Positions 1 through 14,375 of a DNA stretch of 64,000 nucleotides are shown here, piece after piece. Below the pieces are notes generated by a model. The model had not been told where the DNA came from. It worked only from the letters and a program-made list of their open reading frames with translations, and made no database searches. Position 1 is the first letter of the stretch, and each line of letters opens with the position of its first letter. The position numbers and the translations under genes are program-made. The stretch is from Octopus vulgaris (taxonomy: Eukaryota): NCBI GenBank assembly GCA_951406725.2, contig OX597830.1, positions 46,872,001 to 46,936,000 of the forward strand. The letters run 5' to 3'.

Positions 1-231
1 GATTCCTGGCGGAGCTTTGTTTCATTCAGCAAGGCACAGCTGGCAGAAATGTGTAGTATCTGAATTTCAGAGGTCTGGTCTTGGTCTTCTCACACACTCT
101 GTCATGCGGAATCTCCCAGAGTACGGGTGTGTCTGTGGAGTGCTCAGCCACTTGCACTTTCATTCCATGAACAGGCTGTTCCGTTGATCGCATCAACTGG
201 GACCCTTGTCGTCGCAACCGACGAAGTGCCA
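1..231 (+). mobile_element. 3' part of a SINE-like interspersed repeat (called family C tail here)
   Basis: The motif GTGTCTGTGGAGTGCTCAGCCACTTGCAC recurs in diverged form at ~14110-14145 (reverse strand) and ~42870-42900. No credible ORF. Confidence 0.5.
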
Positions 232-269
232 GGGTTTTATATGTTTGTCTGTCTGTCTGTCTGTCTGTA

Positions 270-592
270 TTTTACTCTTTTACTTGTTTCAGTCATTTGA
301 CTGCAGCCAAGCTGGAGCACTGCCTTTAGTCGAACAAATCGCCCCCAGGACTTATTGTTCGTAAGCCTAGTACTTATTCTATCGGTCACTTTTGCCGAAC
401 CGTTAAGTTACGAGGGCGTAGGCACACCGGTTGTCAAATGATGGTGGGGGACAAACACAAATACATACATACATACATACATACATATATGTACGACGGG
501 CTTCTTTCAGTTTCCGCCTACCAAATCCATTAGAAGGCTTTGTTCGGCTCGAGGTTATAGTAGAAGACACTTGCCCAAGGTCGCATATAGCA
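270..592 (-). mobile_element. tRNA-derived SINE family A, 5'-truncated
   Basis: Aligns by eye to the full copy at 2623-3064, including the (GAGTAAAA) tail, the GGAAACTGAAAGAAGCCCGTCG block and the internal CA/TA microsatellite. Confidence 0.85.
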
Positions 593-878
593 GGCTTCTG
601 CACAGTTTTCGTTTACCAAGTTGGATGCATAAGGCCTAGCTCGAAATAAGGCACGATGCTGAGAATCGGACTGGGAACCACAGTGTTGTGAAATCAACCT
701 TTAAAGCAAACAGCCATTTATGCATGTTTCCTTTGGCATTTATTTAAGTTTTTTCCGCCTAAGAAAGGGACCAGACATTTTCAGTGAAGGCAGTTCCCCC
801 GGCGTTTGTAAATATGTGGTTGGGCTCGCGTGTGCCTCTGCACTTAGGTTCTATGTAAATATATTTCTTTAGTAGTTA

Positions 879-911
<33 letters not shown>

Positions 912-1107
912 ATGATTACTTTTTGTGTATGTGTAGAAACGTAAGCAGACAATTAAGTGCATTTATTCATTTAAAAAAGCTCAAACAGTGAATCTTTGGA
1001 ATGTCTTACAGATTTATATCGTGTCGCTATTAAATCGGACTTGGCAGATGCGCGTAGGTTTCTTTTGCTCATTTTTTAGAACTGTATACATTCATGTATA
1101 TGTGATT

Positions 1108-1275
1108 GTATGTATGGTATGTCTATGTATATATATTTGTATGTATATATATGTATGTATGGTATGTCTATGTATATATATTTGTATGTATATATATGTA
1201 TGGTATGTCTATGTATATGTATTTGTATGTATATATATATATGTATGGTATGTCTATGTATGTATATATGTATGT
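1108..1275. repeat. ~40-bp higher-order repeat built from TA/TG microsatellite (about 4 copies)
   Basis: GTATGGTATGTCTATGTAT recurs four times at a spacing of about 40-46 nt. Confidence 0.8.
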
Positions 1276-2112
1276 GCTTATGTCTTTCTTACCATTACTC
1301 AATCATTTAGTATTTCATCTGCTACGTGTTATTCATCTGTTATTCATCTGTTATTCATCTGTCATTCATCTGCTACATGTTATTCAAGCTAAACACCTTA
1401 AAAACACGCTCATTACTCTGATATTGTAACTTAAACTCATTCCTTCTTACACCGCCATGTCTTGCCCAAAAAACAAACAACAAAATACAAAAACCATGAA
1501 TTTATTATAAATCTAGATCTTTTCCTTTGATATTCGCTGCCAAAAGGATGAGTTCTGTTCAGCATTAAATTGTAAGGGAACCCATAAGATTCAGTCGACA
1601 CATGGTGTATAGGAGTTGAAATCATCTTCGCGGCTTCCATCTGTTTTAGTTATAATCTCCTGATGAGTTGAAATCAACGCCCCAACTTCACGAAATCCTC
1701 GTAAATCACCACAGAATATCTGTCAGAGCTTCAAGTAAGAAGCTGCGCCCTCCACGGAGGATCTATTTATAATGCAGAGTGGCTCATGGTGTTGGCTCGA
1801 CCACCATGCAGTGCCATGGCAGGAATTAACCAAGCTCCTTTCCACGGATTCTCTTCCGGATTTTCTACACGAACAACTGGAACGCGAAACCAACTTACCA
1901 TATTTCCACTGCCGAAACTTTGCACTAGTATTAACAGCACTGTCTGTCTGTCTGTCTAGCTATCTAACGGTTGGTCTGTCTGTTCGTCTACCTGTGTCTC
2001 TCGCTTTGTGTATGTGTGTGCGCGTGTGTGTATACATATTAGGTGCTTTAGATAATGTATGTATGCATATGTAATATATATTAGATGTTTTACGCAATGT
2101 ATACACACACAT

Positions 2113-2159
<47 letters not shown>

Positions 2160-2622
2160 GGATATGTTAACTAAAGCGTTTAACATTGTTATGGCAGATT
2201 AAGACAAACAAAACTGCTTTATGATTAATTTTTAAATGAGAAATGATTGCTGCTATTTAACCCTAGGCCATGCCTAATTAAGCCGATTTATAACGAAAGA
2301 CATTCCAGTCAGGAATATCCCGTGTTTTAGAGGTGTAGAAGGCCACAACATGCATTGTATTCTCTCCTTTCCCGAGATACACGACTGCAATCTGAAAGCG
2401 GGAACGAAGAAGCGCCATCATTAGCCCAGAAAAAGACACGGAGCGAAGTAGTAACGTTTGGGATTTGGAACTCAGAACATTGACGTAAGGGAAATTGTAT
2501 GCCGTAAAACAATCATTGCAGGTCATACGATTCTATTAGAGCCGAAATCAACTGCGTTGTATAACGATTAATATGTTATGTATTATATACGTTATAAAAC
2601 ATACATATTATACATACTCTTC

Positions 2623-2853
2623 TCTTTTACTCTTTTACTCTTTTACTTGTTTCAGTCATTTGACTGCGGCCATGATGGAGCACCGCCTTTAATCGAGCAA
2701 CTCGACCCCGGGACTTATTCTTTTTGTAAGCCCAGTTCTTATTCTATCGGTCTCTTTTTGCCGAACCGCTAAGTAACGGGGATATAAACACACCAGCATC
2801 AGTAGTCAAGCAATGCTAGGGGGACAAACACAGACGCATAAACACACACACGC

Positions 2854-2898
<45 letters not shown>

Positions 2899-3064
2899 TA
2901 CGACGGGCTTCTTTCAGTTTCCGTCTACCAAATCCACTCACAAGGCATTGGTCGGCCCGAGGCTATAGCAAATGACACTTGCCCAAGGTGCCACGCAGTG
3001 GGACTGAACCCAGAACCATGTGGTTGGATAGCAAGCTACTTACCACACAGCCACTCCTGCGCCT
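2623..3064 (-). mobile_element. Full-length tRNA-derived SINE family A (CORE-like; resembles octopus OR-type SINEs, exact family not verifiable)
   Basis: The minus strand starts AGGCGCAGGAGTGGCTGTGTGGTAAG (box A), has GGTTCAGTCCC (box B), then CCTTGGGCAAGT (CORE-like), an internal (TA)/(TG) tract and a (GAGTAAAA)n tail. More than 10 copies occur in the window. Confidence 0.9.
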
Positions 3065-3404
3065 ATATACGTTATAAATTACGATATACGTATATTATAG
3101 GCTTAAAAATGAATGGGAAATATAGTAAACCTAGAAATATGGAATCCTTCAACGAGAATGACGACAATGACGATGACGACGAAAAGAAGAAGAAGAAGAA
3201 CAAGAGGATCGTGAACACCAACGGAAACATCAAGGGAATTATGTCTAACGATAGTGAATTGAAATCAATATTACACGATATCGAAATCAGGTTAATATCT
3301 AGTTACATGACCAGCTTGGCACTCATATGCTTATAACATATATACACACGCATATATATATACATACAAACATACATACATACATACATACATAAATACA
3401 TACT

Positions 3405-3436
<32 letters not shown>

Positions 3437-3487
3437 CATATATGCATGTACGAATGTCAGTATTTATATAAATATATATATATATAT

Positions 3488-3873
3488 TCTTTTATTCTTT
3501 TATCTGTGTCACTCATTTGACCGCAGCCATACTGGAGCACCGTCTAATACTTATTCTATCGCTTACTTTTTACCGAACCGCTAAGTTATGTGGACATAAA
3601 CACACCAGTATCAGTTGTCAAGCGATGGTGGTGGTGGTGGTGGTGGGGAAAATAGACACACACACACACACAAACACACACACAAACACACACACATACA
3701 CATATATACGACGGGCTTCTTTCAGCTTTCCGTCTACCAAATCCACTCACAAGGCTTTGGTCGGCCCGAGGCTATAACAGAAGACACTTGCCCATGTTGC
3801 CACACAGTGGGACTGATCCCGGAAGCATGTGGTTGGTAAGAAAGCTACTTACCATATAGCCACGCCTGCGCCT

Positions 3874-3876
<3 letters not shown>
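3488..3876 (-). mobile_element. SINE family A with internal deletion
   Basis: Same head, core and tail blocks as 2623-3064. Confidence 0.85.
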
Positions 3877-3923
<47 letters not shown>

Positions 3924-3977
3924 GCATATGTATATGTATATATATATGTATGTATGTATATATGTATATATGTGTGT

Positions 3978-4190
3978 AAGGCGGCGAGCTGGCAGAATTG
4001 TTAGCTTAGTGATATTTCGTCTGCCGCTCCGTTCTGAGTTCAAATTCTACCGAGGTCGACTTTGCCTTTCATCCTTTCGGGGTCGATTAAATAAGTACCA
4101 GTTACGCACTGGGAGCGATGTAATCGAATTAATCCCTTTGTCTGTCCTTGTTTGTCGATTGTATGTTTCACTCCTTGTGAGCAATAAATA
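3978..4190 (+). mobile_element. tRNA-derived SINE family B, monomer
   Basis: AAGGCGGCGAGCTGGCAGAAT head (box A), GAGTTCAAATTC (box B) and the GCCTTTCATCCTTTCGGGGTCGAT central block. Confidence 0.9.
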
Positions 4191-4465
4191 AATAGCATAT
4201 ATGTGTGTTATATGGCGAGCAGCAACAGCTTAGTAAGGACACAGAGGCGAGGCATTTTCCAATACCGAAAACCAGTTGAATTTCATGGCATTCATAAGTA
4301 TAACAAAAGGAAGGCGTTTAATTAAAATACATTTATCATTTTTCAGTCCTTTTAAATCGTCTCTCTAATTGTTATAAGAATTTGATAACTTTAACATTAT
4401 CCATTAATTATAATAAATGGTTGCCCCCTGTGTCTCTTGCTACTTTTTAATACGTGTGTGTGTGT

Positions 4466-4505
4466 GAGATGATGGCTTAGCAGGTCGAAACTTCGAAGTC
4501 ACTAC
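4466..4505 (+). ncRNA. Degenerate minimal hammerhead-ribozyme-like motif (Penelope-like terminus)
   Basis: AGATGA-TGGCTTAGCAGGTC-GAAA, then a self-complementary ACTTCGAAGT helix III and a GTC triplet. The CUGA of the core is damaged. Confidence 0.4.
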
Positions 4506-4546
4506 TATTCTTGTTGAAGAATAATATGTATATATGTATGTATATA

Positions 4547-5113
4547 TATTTCTTTACTACCCACAAAGGACTAAACACAGAGGGGTCAAACAAGGACAGA
4601 CAAAGGGATTAAGTCGATTACACCGACAAAGGGATTAAGTCAATTACATCAACTGGTACTTAATTTATCGACCCCGAAAGGATGAAAGGCAAAGTCGACC
4701 TCGGCGGAATTTGGACTCGGAACGTAACGACAGACGAAATACCTATTTCTTTCTACCCACAAGGAGCTAAACACAGAGAGGACAAACAAGGACAGACAAA
4801 CGGATTAAGTCGATTATATCGACCCCAGTGCGTAACTGGTACTTAATTTATCGACCCTGAAAGAATGAAAGGCAAATACGAAATACCTATTTCTTTATTA
4901 CCCACAAGGGGCTAAACACAGAGGGGACAAACAAGGACAGACATAGGTATTAAGTCGATTACATCGACCCCAGTGCGTAACTGGTACTTAATTTATCGAC
5001 CCCGAAAGGATGAAAGGCAAAGTCGACCTCGGCGGAATTTGAACTCACAACGTAACGCAGACGAAATACCGCTAAGCATTTCGCCCACCGTGCTAACGTT
5101 TCTGCCAGCTCGT
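4547..5113 (-). mobile_element. SINE family B multimer (head plus about 3 body units)
   Basis: Head at ~5113; body units joined by GAAATACCTATTTC junctions at 4736 and 4880. Confidence 0.9.
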
Positions 5114-5742
5114 CGTATGTATGTATATATGTGTGTATGTATGTATGTATGTATGTATGTATGTATGTATGTATGTATGTATGTATTTTTTAAAATCTAG
5201 TTTCAGCTCACAAGCTGTGGCCATGCTGGGGCACCGCCATTTTGTATGTATGTATGTATGTATGTATGTATGTATGTATGTATGTATGTATGTATGTATA
5301 TATGTATGTATGTGTGTGTGTGTGTGTGTGTGTATGTATAGTTATGTAATCTCGCGAGGCAAACCTTCCAACTAACACATGAACATCAGCACCCGACACA
5401 CAACTCCGCCTTCGCCCCCGACGCAGCATCTATTCACCGCCATCGCCACCCACCGACGACGACGCCCTCTACTTCGTTGCGAGCGCACTTTTAATTTTAC
5501 ATCAGTCGAGTTTGCATTGGTTGTGTAGCGGGTTGCTTGAAAATGTCTGTAACAAGAACCGTTTGATAACATTGTTCACGATTATTATAATAAGCGGCTT
5601 CTACTCTATAAATATACTCACGCATTCACGCACACATACACACACACACAAACACAGGCACGTGCGCGCGGTATATTAGGGCACGTGTTTTTCATACAAA
5701 AATGAGGTAAGACCATCGTAAAGTGCTTCTATATATGTATGG

Positions 5743-6005
<263 letters not shown>

Positions 6006-6342
6006 GTATATGTAATTATGTATGTAGGTGTATGTAGGTGTATGTCTATACATATATACACACATATACATGCATATATATATGTATTAATATGTATATA
6101 TGTACATATACGTACACACACACACACACACACACATATATGTATATATACACGCATATATATGTGTGTGTATTATGGTTGTTATTAAACACCGACAGAG
6201 GTGACTTGTGACTATCCTGATCTTTTCTGATTTTTCAGTTAGTTTATACAGGTAAATTCGGTAAGAAATTATTTTAAAAATAACTAAACCTAAAAGTAAG
6301 AAGATATAATATAATAAAGGGTTTAACGATCAGTGAGGGAAG

Positions 6343-6463
<121 letters not shown>

Positions 6464-6679
6464 TGCAGTTGGTTCATACAATATTTGTAGCGATTTATCA
6501 ATAGTAATAATAAACATTAGCGTACAAATATAGAATATGTACATATATTAATAACGCTTCAATGTAAACACAACATCTAATGATAAGAGAGCTGGAAGGC
6601 GGAAAAGTGCTGGTGGGGCAGAAGGATCAGCATACATAATAATGTCCGCGCATACGCCCATACATTACACATGCAGGCA

Positions 6680-8680
<2,001 letters not shown>

Positions 8681-8768
8681 ATATATATCTCAATAATTCA
8701 CATGCTTAGATGCAAAAAGTAAATATTTCAAAACGTAGTCCCACGTGCACCCCCCACACAACTCTCCA

Positions 8769-8842
<74 letters not shown>

Positions 8843-9109
8843 AAGTTGTTGCACACACGCTGTTGCACATGCCAATGTTAAAACTCCCACTTAAAGAACT
8901 TATAATTGAAAGATGTGAGATCAAAGAGAGAAAAGACGAACAGACAGAAGAAAAAAGAAGAAAAGCAAAGAAGAAGACAAGAGAAAAAGAGAAAAAGAAA
9001 ATGATGATGATGATGATGGCGAGGAGAAAATAAAGCAGAAGATGGAAAGAAAAAAGTAGAAACCGTAACTGGGTCGTCGTCATCATCATCGTCGTCATCA
9101 TCGTCATCG

Positions 9110-9163
<54 letters not shown>

Positions 9164-9367
9164 ACAACACCATTATCATCGTCATCGTCGTCGTCAACGT
9201 TCACCGCCGTCAACGACACCTGTCGTCGTCAGTTACAACATTAACCCGCGAAAAGACGCAAAATTTATATACAGACACACATACAAGTATATATGCTTAT
9301 ATACACACACACACATGTATTTGTACATAATATATATATAATATATATGATATATATAATATATATA

Positions 9368-9440
<73 letters not shown>

Positions 9441-9524
9441 CACACACACACATGTATATACACACACACACATGTATTTGTACATAATATATATATAATA
9501 TATATGATATATATAATATATATA

Positions 9525-9573
<49 letters not shown>

Positions 9574-9772
9574 GCACACACAAGCTCGTACATAATGCCA
9601 CTTCCATGAAAACAAAAGTATAAGTTGACTGAAAAAGTGTTTCAATTACAACAACAAGAACAACAACACTAAAATAAAGAAAGAGACAAATAAACAGCAT
9701 TAAAATAAATACACAAATAAAGAAACGAACAATAAATGGATGAATTGTCCTCGTGCTGAGGTGTCCACTTAC

Positions 9773-10783
9773 CGAGATCGTCTATATTTTTGGACATGTT
9801 TAGGGAGACACACACCAAAAGGATGCTCATAATTAACATCACCACAGAGATGACCACCACCACCCGTGCCACCTTCTTCCGGTAAGGGTTGTTGTCCCCG
9901 CTGAAACTGTCTTTGAGGTCATCGTCTGTCTTAATCACAGACATTCGGCCGCCCTCCCACACCATGCGCCCGCCTTCGCATACCCTCACGTCGTCAACGT
10001 CGTCCACGTCGCCGACGTTCACATGATATCCGCCGTCACCGTTGGCGCCGACGTTGGCGTCAACGTCATTCTTATCATCGTCGTCATCATAGACGTTGTC
10101 GGCTTTCATGTAATCCCCACCGCTACCCCCTCCGACTACCCCTCCTACCAGCCCGCCAATTATTCCTCTCTCCTCACGTCTGCGGACGTCGACGCCGACT
10201 CCGTCATCGTTGTCATCATCGTCCTGGACTTTGACGTTTACGTCGTCGTTAAACCGTTGATTGTCAACGGCGGCGTCATTCTTGCTGTTGCCAAACGCTT
10301 CGTTGTTACCTTCAGCGCCGTCGACGTCGTCATCCTGTCCTATTCGGCCGCCGAGTGCGATCGAACCCACTTCGTCACCTTTGTCAACGTCGTCTTTGGT
10401 GGCCGACGTCGTCGACATTGCAGATGCCGTCCGACTTCCGCCGGCGCCGCCAACGTCACTAACGCTGCCGGCGTCCCCTTTTACGTTGCCCTCAGCCGCC
10501 GCCAGGACACCCGTGTCCGTGTCAAGCTGTGTGGACATCGCCGAACCGTTTCGCTCATGATCGCTGACATTGACATCTTTCTCCCCCTCCTCTTCCCCTC
10601 CCCCTTCATCTACCTTTTCCTTTTCTTCTTCTTCTTGTCTCTCTTCACATCCCTCCCCTTCTCTTTCACTGCCCTCCTCTTCCTCTCCCCCCAATAGTTC
10701 GTATGCTGGATCCACGGTGATGTTTTGTCGGACTTTTTTTCGGTTTGAAATGTGCTGCAGTTGTTGTTGTTGTTGTTGACGTG
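9773..10783 (-). CDS. Candidate coding exon of an uncharacterised single-pass membrane protein (acidic D/E/G-rich region, then a C-terminal TM helix)
   Basis: Open frame of more than 1 kb in GC-richer, non-microsatellite sequence, ending in NPYRKK-VARVVVVISVVMLIMSILLVCVSL-NMSKNIDDL. Canonical donor G|GTAAGT at 9773/9772. Candidate acceptor CCTCACCTCCCCTTCCCTGCCCCAG| at 10784 with TAAC upstream gives a 1011-nt phase 1-1 exon. The 5' boundary is inferred. Confidence 0.6.
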
Positions 10784-11982
10784 CTGGGGCAGGGAAGGGG
10801 AGGTGAGGTTATTCTCGTTGTTCTCTGAGAATTGTGATTGTTGCAAGTAATGTAAATAGTTGTTGTTGTTGTTCTTGTTGTTGTTATGGCGGTACTTGTT
10901 CTTGTCGCTATTTAATGACTGTAGTGGAACTACTACTAGTAGTAGTAGTAGTATTAGTATTAGTAGTAGTGGTGGTGGCGGTGGTGGTGATGGTGGTGGT
11001 AGTCGCTGTTGTTTCTAGCGAGGGAGAAGTTGCGATAGTTGTTTAGTGGTTGTTGTTGTCGTTGTTGAAGGTGTTAAGATGTTAGCAACTTATAATTTCT
11101 CCACAAATCGCTTATTGTTATCACCGTCAATGTTGACGGTGATGACGGTAATGTCGATCGATGATAACAGTGGTGATTATGGTGGGTGGTGGTGGTGGTG
11201 GCGGTGGCGGTGGTGGTGTTCAGCCGTAGTAATTTCCAAAAGATGAAATCCTTCTTTGTACTCGTAACAGTTGTAATAGAACCCGTAGTAGTTACAGTAG
11301 TAGTAGTAGTAGTAGTAGTAGTAGTTGTTGTTGTTGTTGTTGTTGCTTCTATTATTATTATTGTCCCTTTTGGTGTTTATATTGTTGCTGTTACCGTTAA
11401 GTGTTGACGGTGATATCGTTGAATGTAATTCTCCTTTCAGGTTCACCGTTATTTAAACCAAAAATCTTTCCGAGAAAAATTCCTTTCTTTTTTTTGTAAA
11501 TATATATAATAGTAAAAAATAAATAAATTAAAAAAAAACAACCTCTGCACACACTTGTCCCTCTGCCGGCAAATAAATAAACAAAGAAATAATTATGTAA
11601 AAAATGGAGGAAAAAAAAAAGAGAGAATATATAATAAATAATAAGTGGTAGATGAAGTCAGTTTATCGGACTGTTCCCATCGTTCTGTTTGGAAGGAATC
11701 TCTCGGCTTGTTTGACTGAGTGATTGGCGCGTTAGCTGCTGACTGGCTGATTGCCTGATCGGTCGGTGGAACGGTCGGTCGGTCGGTCGGTCGGTCGGTC
11801 GGCGAGTGAGGATGAGAGTTCGATGTCCAGTCAAGGCAAGCGATTCTTAAATGGAAACTTACTCTTTTAGTATTAACAAAAACAAAAACAAAAAAATGCC
11901 TTTTGTTTTAGTTTTCCCGAACGATATAGACTCACACCGGGAATTTTGATTCGCAGAACGGCTGCCGTAATAATGGTACTTA

Positions 11983-12030
<48 letters not shown>

Positions 12031-12581
12031 AAGTAGTAGTAGAAGTAGTAGTGGCAGCAGCAGCAGAAGCAGCAACAGTAGTAGTAGTAGTAGTAGTAAT
12101 GGAGGTTATAGTTTTGGTGACTGTGCCTGCAGAGTAACAGCGGTGGTAGTGGTTTTACAAGAGGGTGGTGGTGGTGGTGGTGGTTTTTGTGGGAGTCGAT
12201 ATCAGCAGCAGTAGAAGCAGCAGCAGTAGAAGCAGCAGCAGCAGCAACAGCAACGGCGGTTCATATCAACAGGAGCTGCACAAGCAGTATAGAAAAATAG
12301 CAGCAGCAGCAACGGCAATAGCAGCAGCAGCGGCAGCGGCAGCGGCAGCGGCAGCAGTCGATAAGCATTGCAGCAGCAGCAGCAGCAGCAGCAAAGCAGC
12401 AGTGACAGCAGTAGTGAGAGCAGTCGATAACCGATGCAGCGTATTGCAGCAGCAGCAGCAGCAGCAGGAACAGCAGCGACAGAGGCAGGCAGCACCACCG
12501 TCACCTTTAGCCTTACCGCGATCCACCACCACCACAACCACCACCATGATGATGATGTTCATCATCATCATCATCATCACC

Positions 12582-12633
<52 letters not shown>

Positions 12634-12757
12634 CCACCACCACCACCATCACCACCACCACCACCACCACCACCACCACCACCACCACCACCACCACCAC
12701 CACCACCACCACCACCACCACCACCACCACCACCACCACCACCACCACTACCATCAC

Positions 12758-12804
<47 letters not shown>

Positions 12805-12830
12805 GCAACAACAGCAGCAGCAACAACTAA
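10760..12830. repeat. Mosaic of triplet repeats (GTT, GTA, GTG, CAG, CAC, CAT) plus (GGTC)n
   Basis: Directly visible. The longest pure block is (CAC/CAT)n at ~12524-12803. Confidence 0.9.
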
Positions 12831-13074
12831 CATTATCAGCAATACGTACAGATTGCGTCGTCTAGTAAAAGGCAAAGCTCCTGGTCAACGGTGCAAACGT
12901 TGCGGTTTCGATTTCCAAGTGTCCAGTTGTAAACAATATGACTTGAATGACAGATCGACTATTCAGGAAACGCCCCACTATCCTAACATCGACTCTCAGA
13001 GTTATCTCCCCATAGATTCGAGACCTTTATAACCGAATAAAAAATATCTATCCAGCTAACTAGTTAGCTGTTAG

Positions 13075-13111
<37 letters not shown>

Positions 13112-13139
13112 AACTAGCTATCTATCTATGTAGCTGTCG

Positions 13140-13221
<82 letters not shown>

Positions 13222-13231
13222 ATGTCTGTCC

Positions 13232-13306
<75 letters not shown>

Positions 13307-13820
13307 CATCTATCTGTTATCTCGCTCTCTCTCTCCCTCTATCTATCCATCTATCTATCGGTTATCTATCTATCTATCGATCGATCTGTCTATCTAACTG
13401 TCTATCTATCTGTCTGTCTATTTATTTTCGCCAATGAAAGTGAAAGAAGGTCACCTAACCACAAGGAGTGGAATTTGTATTTGGATTCCTACCTGCGATA
13501 TTCTAGTCCATTTCTTCGCTTCTCTACGAGTCTCTCCTGTTTCGTGTTTAGTTAACAGAACCAATATATTGATTTCTAAATTGCTTCATTCCCCAAAACA
13601 TACCGAAGAACCGCAATTTGGTGCTTGTTGTTTATGTCGCTGCCTTCTGTAACACTTCTTTGTTTTATAACAGTGATCCACTTCCATAACATTCGACTCT
13701 GCTTCACGCAGCGGGGGACGTTCAACTCTGTACTAGAAGCCAAAGAAACACACGTCAGATTCATTGTGCTGCCACTGCTTACGCTAATGAAGTATGTCAC
13801 TTTAATAGAACATTGAAGAG

Positions 13821-14000
13821 AAGGCGGCGAGCTGGCAGAATGGTTAGCACACTGGGAAACATACTTAGCAGCATTTTGTCTGTCTTTAAGTTCTGAGTTC
13901 AAACACCACCCAGGCCACCTTTACTTTTGATCCCCTTCGGGGCCGATAAAATAAGTACCAGTTGAATACTGGGATAAATGTAATCGAATTAACCACTCCT
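13821..14000 (+). mobile_element. SINE family B, diverged monomer
   Basis: AAGGCGGCGAGCTGGCAGAA head, GAGTTCAAA box B and AAGTACCAGTTG block. Confidence 0.85.
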
Positions 14001-14069
14001 TGGCAGCTGGCGAGTTATATCGTCTGGCAAACTATAGCACTTTGTGAAACGTAACATGAATGGATCTCC

Positions 14070-14375
14070 GATGGTGTCGACGATGATTGAATTACTTCCT
14101 CGTTGAATAAATATTAAAGTGGTTAAGTACTCAACAGACAAGTGCGCCCTTTACATGATTTTCCAGTAGAATCAGTGTGATATAGTTTGTCAAGGGTGGA
14201 ACTTTGTATCCATCCGATGGGCTTCAACACATTTTCCGTTTATCTAACTTCATTTCTAAGGTTTGACTCGGTTCACTGGACTGGTACAAGACATTTGCTT
14301 ATGACACCATGCAGTGGGGTCGAACTCGCGAACTCGTGAGTACGAAGCAAACTTCTGGACCATTCGGCTATGCAG
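14070..14375 (-). mobile_element. Old SINE with a family-A-like head and a family-C-like tail
   Basis: The head at 14200-14375 resembles family A. The 14100-14190 segment resembles the reverse complement of 70-170. Confidence 0.5.

Noticed and set aside
1655-1772. CTGATGAG...CGAAATCCTC...GAGGATC hammerhead-like arrangement
   Set aside because: Helix III could pair, but helix II has a 5-nt bulge before GAAA and helix I mismatches next to the core. Likely chance.
1899-1924. Possible minus-strand micro-exon before GTAAGT at 1898
   Set aside because: No polypyrimidine tract at the acceptor and no other support.
2258-2530. TTAACCCT as a piggyBac end, and ORF 2278-2526
   Set aside because: No matching TIR and no recognisable protein motif.
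2990-3064. tRNA genes
   Set aside because: The box A/B heads continue into SINE bodies in many copies and do not form complete cloverleaves.
10023-10697. Plus-strand 224-aa and 99-aa ORFs
   Set aside because: Antisense shadows of the minus-strand acidic exon.
12165-12830. Poly-Ala/Gln/Ser ORF resembling a transcription-factor N-terminus
   Set aside because: No early ATG, no domain and no clear splice sites; the frame is held open by triplet repeats.
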